The position numbers were made by a program, and so were the translations under genes. Positions 37,915 to 44,966 of a stretch of 64,000 nucleotides of DNA are shown here, piece after piece (position 1 is the first letter of the stretch; every line of letters starts with the position of its first letter). The stretch covers positions 216 through 64,215 of the forward strand of contig CASFYT010000018.1 in the NCBI GenBank assembly GCA_949299015.1, written 5' to 3'. Under the pieces are notes generated by a model. The model saw nothing but the letters and a program-made list of their open reading frames with translations. It was not told the origin of the DNA and made no database searches. Source of the stretch: an uncultured Bacillota bacterium (lineage in GTDB: Bacteria; Bacillota_I; Bacilli_A; RFN20; CAG-288).

Positions 37915-38186
37915 ATAGTTACAAGAATTATGTGTGAAACCCGAGCTGCATCTTCCTGCCTCCTCCCTCTACTCCTCTGTCAGCTACGAGAAGTGTCTCT
38001 GGGTGATTCTTCCGGCGCTCTTGTTGTAGTTGCGGTAGACGAAAGTAATCACGATTGTTACGTTCTCCTCCGAGTTCATCATGACGCGCCTTCTCGTCTC
38101 CTTCTTCAGTTTGGAGTTGAACCCCTCAATCGCTTTTCTCAAATACACATACTTCTAGACCAATCTCCACAATTATTGTAACTGCC
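37915..38186 (-). mobile_element. IS256-family remnant (~270 bp, MITE-like) that keeps both inverted repeats
   Basis: The - strand frame 37984-38154 encodes KYVYLRKAIEGFNSKLKKETRRRVMMNSEENVTIVITFVYRNYNKSAGRITQRHFS*, which looks like the C-terminus of an IS256/mutator-type transposase. The ends are imperfect inverted repeats: AGTTACAAGAATTATGTG (37917-) and CCACAATTATTGTAACT (-38184). Confidence 0.6.
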
Positions 38187-38218
38187 AAAATAAAGTATTA
38201 GAAAACAAAAATCGCTGA

Positions 38219-38257
38219 GCAAAACGAACATTGAATACAAAATTCGTTTTTGCTTTT
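38219..38257 (+). terminator. Hairpin with T-run, possibly a relic terminator
   Basis: The stem GCAAAACGAA pairs with TTCGTTTTTGC across a 14-nt loop (38229-38242) and is followed by TTTTG. Confidence 0.35.
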
Positions 38258-38304
38258 GATGGCGTTCAGCTCACCTTTCGATCTTTATGCCAGAATCAGG
38301 CGCT

Positions 38305-38387
38305 GAAATTTCCCCCGATTTCCCTCGCTTTCCCACATTTCCTTTTTTGAGCGGATGTTTTTTGTAGGCTATTGGCGAACCGAGAGA
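38305..38387 (+). promoter_or_regulatory. Conserved upstream block of cassette A
   Basis: GAAATTTCCCCCGATTTCCCTCGCTTTCC (38305-33) and TTTTTGTAGGCTATTGGCGAACCGAGAGA (38358-87) closely match 42816-43 and 42859-88 upstream of cassette B. Confidence 0.55.
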
Positions 38388-38435
38388 CTCGTCTTCCGTT
38401 TTCTTAAGCACTCTCGACTCCATCGGAGGGAACGT

Positions 38436-38531
38436 ATGAAGAAGTTTGTTTTCAGGGAAGGATTCCGGGAGGGTATTGCTCGCGGAACCATGGCCGAGCT
38501 AACGCATCCAGGGAAGATGGGGGTAAAATGA
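38436..38531 (+). pseudogene. Collapsed DUF4417-like gene (31 codons)
   Basis: The product MKKFVFREGFREGIARGTMAELTHPGKMGVK* keeps the start (compare MKKTFFDDGFQDY...) and the tail (compare ...HSQEKGVK*) of the 223-aa gene at 42956-43627. The stop / 1 nt / ATG junction to the next gene is also the same. Confidence 0.6.
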
Positions 38532-38532
38532 T

Positions 38533-38910
38533 ATGGGCGTCACGTTGAGAAGGAATTCCTTGCCCGTAAAGTCGAACCCCTTTTACCATTACAATCCAAG
38601 AAGTGGATACTTCGGGACTTATGTTTCGGGGAACAAGATTAAGACGAGGCTAATCTATGCCGAAGATCCTGAAGAAGAAGCGAGGGAATTGTTCCGCCAA
38701 TTCGTTGTCGGAACGAAAATCGATGAGAGTGTTCCGGGGAAAAAGTGGAGTGCCGTGCTTGAGGATTGCTCTGTCATCACTTTGCGGATTAGGCATCCTA
38801 CCCCGGAACACGAACCGGCCGTCATGATCAGCGTGAAGAAAAGCGATGACCCGGCTGGGATTAGGACGCAGAAGATACATTTCGTAAAGAAAGGAGAAGA
38901 CAAGAAATGA
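38533..38910 (+). CDS. Small basic protein A2 (uncharacterised), paralogue of 43629-44045
   Basis: The 125-aa product is about 55-60% identical to B2 by hand alignment. Shared blocks are NP.Y.Y.P..GYFG, EAR.LF, PGK.W, ITLRI.HP.P.H.PAVMISVKK and QKIHFVK. Confidence 0.75.
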   Translation: MGVTLRRNSLPVKSNPFYHYNPRSGYFGTYVSGNKIKTRLIYAEDPEEEARELFRQFVVGTKIDESVPGKKWSAVLEDCSVITLRIRHPTPEHEPAVMISVKKSDDPAGIRTQKIHFVKKGEDKK

Positions 38911-39545
38911 AAGATCTGAATCTATCCATATCCCAGGAGGGAATCCGACTGTTGAAGGAAATGATCGGTCAAGAACTTGTTTCCGTGCGATATGCAAAAT
39001 TCGGTTCCGGAAACATCGTTTTCCAGAAGGTGGAACTTACGACTCCGCATGGAAAATATCTCATCGACAATGATGTTGGTTGGTTCGAGGATTTCTGTTC
39101 GGGTCCCGACGATCTTCCTTGCTTGAGTTTCAAAAAGCTTCCGGATGGTAAGAATCCGTTTGCGCATCGAAGCTCCGAAGAGATCATCACGGATGAAATT
39201 GGAGAAAAGATTACCGATATCTTGATCCTCCAGGATGAGGCCAATGTCTTTGATGGCGAAAAATATCTGCAGAAAATGGAATCCTCGGAAGGAATCATTC
39301 TTGTCATGGACAAAGCCCAATATGGATTCTTCAAGGAGAACATGTGGCTGGACGAAGAACTTGTCCTCTGCAAAGGCAGAAATGCCATGGATGGCCTCGA
39401 GAGCCTCAAGGACCATTTCGACATCTTCGGATATCCCTTCCGTGCGAAGTGCAAGAGGGTCGTCCTCTCCCTGAAAGACGGAACGGAAAGAGAGGTCGAA
39501 AGGGCAGAAGAAATCGGCGAAAGACCCGAAGAGGAGATCGGATGA
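38907..39545 (+). CDS. Acidic protein A3 (uncharacterised, immunity-like), paralogue of 44042-44674
   Basis: The 212-aa ORF shares an ATGA overlap with A2 and is roughly half identical to B3. Shared blocks are MKDL.LSIS, SSEGII, GFFK.NMWLDEE, HFDIFG.PFRAKC and AEEIGE. Confidence 0.75.
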   Translation: MKDLNLSISQEGIRLLKEMIGQELVSVRYAKFGSGNIVFQKVELTTPHGKYLIDNDVGWFEDFCSGPDDLPCLSFKKLPDGKNPFAHRSSEEIITDEIGEKITDILILQDEANVFDGEKYLQKMESSEGIILVMDKAQYGFFKENMWLDEELVLCKGRNAMDGLESLKDHFDIFGYPFRAKCKRVVLSLKDGTEREVERAEEIGERPEEEIG

Positions 39546-39887
39546 AGATGAATCTAATTTTATGGCGACATAAGGACAAGCAAACGCATTTTTATCCCAG
39601 GTAAAGTACTTTCTATAAACCTATTTCAGGATAGAAGACCGAGGCAAAATCGTTCCCAAATTTTAGCCGGTGTTTATTTCTCTTCTCTCGGCAAGTTCGT
39701 CCTATCATTTAGGGCATTCGAAGGCTAGGGAAAGAGAGCCAAACTGTTCTTTTGACTGCTTACGGTTATACGTGATATAGCTATGCGATTAAAGGATGAG
39801 TTGCCAAGAAAGGTGGACGACGTTCCTTTTTTGACTTGTCCAGGTAATGACATAAATGAAAGACAGAAGGACTGGATTACAATTGAT

Positions 39888-41529
39888 TTATTCTGCCGTT
39901 GACCATATGCGCCCAAACAGAGTGTTTTCTCCGTTTCCTAATCGAACAATTTGATGTTGTGTGATGATCTTTTGAACTTCATTTTCAAAAACGTTGATTC
40001 TGTCTATTGCAATGAAAATTTGTTTCCTTGAGTTATTGTAAATGCGGAACAAGCCTTCGACTGGCTCGTCCCACATGTTTTTGAAAAGCATCGAATCATC
40101 AATGACAAAAGGAAGCTTTGTCAATTCAAGGACAGCCATGTCAAATAGAAGAAGACCCTTATATTCCGTGCCCGCACCTTTGTCATTTGGAGTTTTATAA
40201 GTGTAATGGGAAAAGTCGGAAAGGGTCATCGTTGGCGCAAATCTTTTCTCCTTGTAAATGCTGTCATTCAATTCGGCAAGCTTTTCATTCAATGATTTTT
40301 CTATGCTTGAAAGGACATAGGAATATTCTTCGCCAAGCTGAAGCTTGTCATTTGCGATCTTGTTATCCAATTCTTTTTTCTTTTCGTACATAGCCACTTG
40401 GTTTTCCAGCTTTTTGATTTGATCGTTTTTGGCTTGGAACGCTTCGAGAAAGGCCTTAGGGATTCGAGGCGACACATTGTTTTTGAGGAGGGCATCGTTG
40501 ATTTCCCGGAGTCTTTTATTCACTTCGGAAATTTTGTCATTCAGATTTGCTTTTTGTTGATTGACCTCTTCATTGACGTTGATGCTCAAATTCCTTTGGA
40601 ATTCATTGATTTCCGTTAGTGATTTGAGATTGACATTTGGAAAAATGGAAACAAGTTTTTGCATATCGTCTTCCGTCATGAGAAGATTATCTCCGGTCAT
40701 GGATTCCAGACTGTTGAGACGAATCGAAAGCATCTTTCTTTTTCTCATCAGACAAATCTGCTCGGATTTGAGGTCGATGTCCGCTTGCGATAGTCTTTCG
40801 TCTGCAACCAAAGAGGCTTGGTCTTGACTTTTGACCAGTGAATCGATTTCTTGCCGGATTCGGGCAATTTCCTCTTTGGCAGCTTTGACATCGGAGGCTG
40901 TCTTGATCGGCGAATAGACTAGCCATATTTATTTGCGTCCTTCCACGCCTTTTTCGTCTTTTCAGCTTGCTCGATTTTCGCTAGAATTTCGTTCAGTAGT
41001 GTTCTCTTCCCGAAAAGATCAATGAGAACTTTAATTCCGTTTTCGTCTTTTGCGTCGTTGCCATAAGTTTTGAGCGGTTTCTCCACGTCGTAATTTCCCT
41101 TGCCATAGATCCTGGCGAAAGTATTGACCAAGCCTCTGAAGGAAGATACGACAGATGAGCCGAAATATTGTTCTCGAAGAAAGGAATTCAAGCAATCGAT
41201 GGACTTTTTTCCCCGATTGGAGTATAGGAAGAATCGCATTCATGATAGTGATTCGGATCGGAAGTCTCTCTAGAAAAATAATAATCGCGAGAATCGAATT
41301 CAAAAGTGAAGTAGATGGTATGGTCGCCAACATTTTTGATTATGTCGGAGTCTTTATTGGTATAGTCACTGCCTCCAAAACAAAAATCCACCATCATGAG
41401 AAGGCTGGACTTTCCGATGGAGTTCAAGGCATCATCCGTACCAACGACACAATTAAGGCCAAGCATGAACCGTATGGTCTTGTCCTTGATTTTGTTTGAG
41501 AATTTATCGCATTTGATTTCTTTCAACAT
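39888..41529 (-). pseudogene. ABC-3C-type (DUF2326-like) ABC/SMC-like ATPase, frameshifted into three pieces
   Basis: The N-terminal piece (41188-41529) starts MLKEIKCDKF...GLNCVVGTDDALNSIGKSSLL and carries Walker A. A middle piece (40919-41239) and a C-terminal piece (39888-~40928) carry a coiled coil, GAGTEYKG, LPFVIDDS (Walker B) and KQIFIAIDR. The frame breaks at the T6C4 run 41205-14 and at 40919-31. Confidence 0.7.
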
Positions 41530-41925
41530 TTTCTGATCCTTCCTTTTTCTGACATCTCTATTCGCCCAATGGCATACAAGGCACTTAATGCTTCATAAAA
41601 TGCCTTTGAATCCATTTTCTTGGATACTTTGCGATACAAATCAGCTGGTGCCGACTCAAATCCCAGTGAGTTTAAAATCTCCGTCATCTGATAAATGATA
41701 GTGGTCTTGTATCGATTGACCTTATTTGGAAATCTCATGGAAGACCTCACAGCTTTGAACGAAATAGGAGACGATGATTTCAGCGACGGATTTGTCACAA
41801 CAGCCGGCGATGGAGACTTTGTCGACAAGGAGATTGAAAATATCCTCCTTGTTTTGGGATTCCTTCTCTGCAAACAAGAAGGCCGTCCTTATCGTGGAAG
41901 AGAGAAGTTCGTATGAACGTCGCTC
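41523..41925 (-). pseudogene. ABC-3C middle-component-like gene, frameshifted
   Basis: The C-terminal frame encodes a wHTH-like ...MTEILNSLGFESAPADLYRKVSKKMDSKAFYEALSALYAIGRIEMSEKGRI. The N-terminal part (SYELLSSTIRTAFLFAEKESQ...EVFHEISK*) is in another frame that stops at 41722-24. The gene end overlaps the ATPase start by 7 nt. Confidence 0.55.
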
Positions 41926-42810
41926 TTAACCATCAAGTTCCCCGAACAACTTGTAGAGATTCGGGAAATAATGGGCGACATTCGATTTAATTTTGTTGTA
42001 GAGAAACAACTCATTTTCTTTATTAACTTTTTGATTTATTTTTAGGCTTTTCATATTCAAAACCACATCAGACGTTTTTGATTCTTTTAAAAGGATTTCA
42101 ATCGCAGACATCAGTTTTCCATCAACTGAAATGGTTCCGGCTTGCTTTCGAAGATTGGCTTTCTTTTCCAGTCTCTCTTTGGCATGGATCAAATCTTTGT
42201 CAAGCTTTCCAATCGTATAAAGATTTGCGCAATCTTTGCAAAGGCCAATCATTTTGTATGGCCTGCCAGTATCGGAGTCAAAGGTATCAAGTTTAGTGGC
42301 AACTATGGCGTTTTCGTCTGCGCTATTTAAACTAAGGCTTTTCCCGCAACAGGGGCAAATTCCATCATCTTCCTCGAAAAGTTGCGCCCGCAGCGTGGCG
42401 GTTCCTTGAAGCTGGGCGCTTCGAAACGTTGCGGAACTATCGAAGATGATTTTTTTGAACTGGTCTGCGACTTTTTGAGCAAAGTTCTCTTTGGTCACAT
42501 TTCCAACGTAACAGCTGAACGTTTCAACGAAATTCGCAAGTGAATCGCCTTGAATGGTATCTTCCAAAACCTTCACTAGGCCTGAAGTGTCCAAAACGGG
42601 GTATATCCTTTCCGCTATCCTGGATATCGAACTGATGCCACTGAAAAGATTCCTTTTCTGTTTTGGAGTCATCTTTGCTATGTCTTGTCCGATTTCACTG
42701 CCCGCATCACTTATCGAGTTCAACACAATCAAATCGAAAACTTCTGCCTTGCTTTTGCAACCGCTCTTCAAGAATGGCTCGAGCATCATGCACAATTCAC
42801 TGAAGGTCAT
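41926..42810 (-). CDS. First gene of the ABC-3C-like operon (effector/CTD position), function unknown
   Basis: This intact 294-aa ORF contains a CPCCGK...(x37)...CKDC zinc-ribbon-like pair. It is assigned to the system by gene order only. Confidence 0.55.
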   Translation of the reverse strand: MTFSELCMMLEPFLKSGCKSKAEVFDLIVLNSISDAGSEIGQDIAKMTPKQKRNLFSGISSISRIAERIYPVLDTSGLVKVLEDTIQGDSLANFVETFSCYVGNVTKENFAQKVADQFKKIIFDSSATFRSAQLQGTATLRAQLFEEDDGICPCCGKSLSLNSADENAIVATKLDTFDSDTGRPYKMIGLCKDCANLYTIGKLDKDLIHAKERLEKKANLRKQAGTISVDGKLMSAIEILLKESKTSDVVLNMKSLKINQKVNKENELFLYNKIKSNVAHYFPNLYKLFGELDG

Positions 42811-42815
42811 GTATC

Positions 42816-42888
42816 GAAATTTCCCTCGATTTCCCTCGTTTCCTTATCCGCCAGTGTGCTTTTTGTAATCTATTGGCGAGTTGAGACA
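42816..42888 (+). promoter_or_regulatory. Conserved upstream block of cassette B (divergent intergenic region)
   Basis: GAAATTTCCCTCGATTTCCCTCGTTTCC (42816-43) contains a tandem ATTTCCCYCG. CTTTTTGTAATCTATTGGCGAGTTGAGACA follows at 42859-88. Both blocks are shared with cassette A. Confidence 0.55.
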
Positions 42889-42955
42889 AGTTTCGATGCA
42901 ATACGAATATTGTATCAAAAATGTTCGCTCACTCTCATTACAAGGAGAAACAACC

Positions 42956-43627
42956 ATGAAAAAAACTTTTTTTGATGACGGTTTCCAAGACTACCTTGTC
43001 GACGGGGCACGGTTTGAAGGAAGGGACGGGATTCCAAGACTGCTCAACACGACCGGAGAGATCCCGGCGACCCTCATTCCGTTTGACAAAGCCAAGACCT
43101 CAAAAACAACGCATGGCTACCTTCATTTCTATATCCATGATCGTCAATACGGAAAAATCCTTACGGACACGAGGAAGTACGATGAATTGATTTCAAGGTT
43201 TGATGGAATTATCACTCCAGATCCCACGATTGTCATCGGCATGCCACATTGCATTCAGGCGGCGGCCACATACATGAGTCGGGCAATCGGGTATTACGAA
43301 CAATGTAGGGGAATATCGGTGATTCCCAATGTTCGGTGGGGAGACCCGTCAACATTCGATTTCTGCTTCCTTGGCATTCCGAAACATTCGGTCGTTTCGA
43401 TTGGCACGCACGGCGCCATTGCCAGGGACAGGGCCACGGGGAACCTTCTCCGGAATTGCTTCAGGGATGGACTTGGAAGGATGTTGGACGTCATCGAGCC
43501 GACGGATGTCCTTGTTTATGGCTATATGCCGGATGACGTTTTTCGTGATTTTTTTGGACGGACCAGGTTTCACAGGTATCCGTCGGAGTTCGAGAGGACC
43601 CATTCGCAAGAGAAAGGAGTAAAATGA
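42956..43627 (+). CDS. DUF4417-like protein B1 (function unknown)
   Basis: The product is 223 aa from the ATG that follows an AGGAG ribosome-binding site. The motif pattern YLHFYIHDRQY, GIITPDPTIVIGMP, YMSRAIGYY.Q..GISVIPNVRWGD and SIGTHG matches my recollection of Pfam DUF4417. Confidence 0.7.
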   Translation: MKKTFFDDGFQDYLVDGARFEGRDGIPRLLNTTGEIPATLIPFDKAKTSKTTHGYLHFYIHDRQYGKILTDTRKYDELISRFDGIITPDPTIVIGMPHCIQAAATYMSRAIGYYEQCRGISVIPNVRWGDPSTFDFCFLGIPKHSVVSIGTHGAIARDRATGNLLRNCFRDGLGRMLDVIEPTDVLVYGYMPDDVFRDFFGRTRFHRYPSEFERTHSQEKGVK

Positions 43628-43628
43628 G

Positions 43629-44045
43629 ATGGGAGTATCTGTAAAATCGTCTTTGCGACAACATTCCGCAACGCTAAGGGAAAACTCGTTGCTGGTGAAG
43701 GCCAATCCACTCTATAAGTATGATCCAAAGACAGGGTATTTCGGAGAACACAGAAAGGGAACGAGTATCGATGTCCGCCTTGTGTATGTGAATAGCAATC
43801 ATAAGCAAGAAGCTCGGATTCTATTCAACCAACTTGTCAGGGGAGTTTCCGAAATAACGGAAGACAAGCCAGGCAAGAGGTGGCACGCAAATTTGCAGGA
43901 TGGCTCCATAATAACTCTACGTATCGACCATCCAGATCCCAGCCATGCCCCCGCTGTCATGATAAGCGTGAAAAAAAACAACGACTCCGCTGGAATAGTA
44001 GATCAGAAAATTCATTTCGTAAAGGAAGGAGAAACCCGGAAATGA
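43629..44045 (+). CDS. Small basic protein B2 (uncharacterised, toxin-like by context)
   Basis: The 138-aa ORF starts 1 nt after the B1 stop. See A2 for the shared blocks. Confidence 0.75.
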   Translation: MGVSVKSSLRQHSATLRENSLLVKANPLYKYDPKTGYFGEHRKGTSIDVRLVYVNSNHKQEARILFNQLVRGVSEITEDKPGKRWHANLQDGSIITLRIDHPDPSHAPAVMISVKKNNDSAGIVDQKIHFVKEGETRK

Positions 44046-44674
44046 AAGACTTGGACTTATCGATCTCTGAAAAGGGAAAAGAAGATTTGAAAGCAATCAT
44101 CGGGCAAGAGAACATCTCATTCGTTTACCGCCGGGAAATGACGGACAACGAGGCTGTTTACAAGATTCAAATCAAGACCGAGAAAGGCAACTACCTTCTC
44201 ACAAACAGTCTCGACTGGTTTGATAACTGCTTTGCTGGCGGTGACTGGCTTCCGCATTTCGATATCGAAGCCTTGAGAGATGACGTGAATCCGTTTGAGA
44301 ATTCAAAAGAATCGAAACTCATTGTCATCACACTCGATGAGAAAGTCGTCGATATCCTGTTGCTAAGGGACACTGCGAATGTATTCAAGGGAGACAAGCA
44401 CTGGCAGAACATCGACTCGTCGGAAGGGATTATCTTTGTTACCGAAAAGCGCCAGTTGGGTTTCTTCAAGGATAACATGTGGCTTGATGAAGAGATTAAC
44501 ATCCACGAGGGAAAGAACGTGGTCGAGATGGCGGAAGGGCTGAAGAAACATTTCGACATCTTCGGCTGGCCGTTCCGTGCGAAATGCGAGAGGTTTCTGG
44601 TTTCTTTGAGCGATGGCGACGAGAAAAAACTTGATACAGCAGAGGAAATCGGTGAAAAGATCGAAGAGGAATAG
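44042..44674 (+). CDS. Acidic protein B3 (uncharacterised, immunity-like by context)
   Basis: The product is 210 aa from the ATG at 44042, which shares an ATGA overlap with B2. The tracked ORF 43880-44674 is an in-frame 5' extension that overlaps B2. Confidence 0.75.
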   Translation: MKDLDLSISEKGKEDLKAIIGQENISFVYRREMTDNEAVYKIQIKTEKGNYLLTNSLDWFDNCFAGGDWLPHFDIEALRDDVNPFENSKESKLIVITLDEKVVDILLLRDTANVFKGDKHWQNIDSSEGIIFVTEKRQLGFFKDNMWLDEEINIHEGKNVVEMAEGLKKHFDIFGWPFRAKCERFLVSLSDGDEKKLDTAEEIGEKIEEE

Positions 44675-44866
44675 GAAACCTAGTAACAATCGGTATCTTC
44701 TATTCAAATATTAGAACTGTTATATAATACAATTTTTCTCGCAATCATTTGCTTACGCATCAGAGAAGTTGCGTCGGTGACATGAAAAGCTTTCGGACAA
44801 GGAGCGGAAGCACAAGAATTTCTATGTGGAAGGTGTTGGAATACCTTGAACAAGTCATTGTTGCCG

Positions 44867-44925
44867 CAAAAACACACAACAGAATACAACAAAAACACAT
44901 AATGAAATACCACAAAAACACACAA
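44867..44925 (+). repeat. Three direct repeats CAAAAACACA(C/T)AA with a 23-bp period
   Basis: Copies start at 44867, 44890 and 44913, just upstream of the ATPase gene start (44967). TATCAT/CATAAT lies at 44955-63 and no Shine-Dalgarno sequence is visible. Confidence 0.8.
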
Positions 44926-44966
44926 TATATCTTGAATGCCAGCAAAATTACCCTTATCATAATGCT

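Noticed and set aside
39546-39887. Searched for sequence similarity between the regions downstream of the two cassettes (39546-39887 and 44675-44966) and for a conserved fourth gene.
   Set aside because: No similarity was visible by eye. The cassette homology appears to end at the A3/B3 stop codons.
41926-42810. Calling the 294-aa first gene of the ABC-3C-like operon an HNH nuclease because of CPCCGK...CKDC.
   Set aside because: The His and Asn residues expected between the Cys pairs of an HNH motif are not evident (IVATKLD replaces a DH-type element). Only a zinc-ribbon-like feature can be supported.
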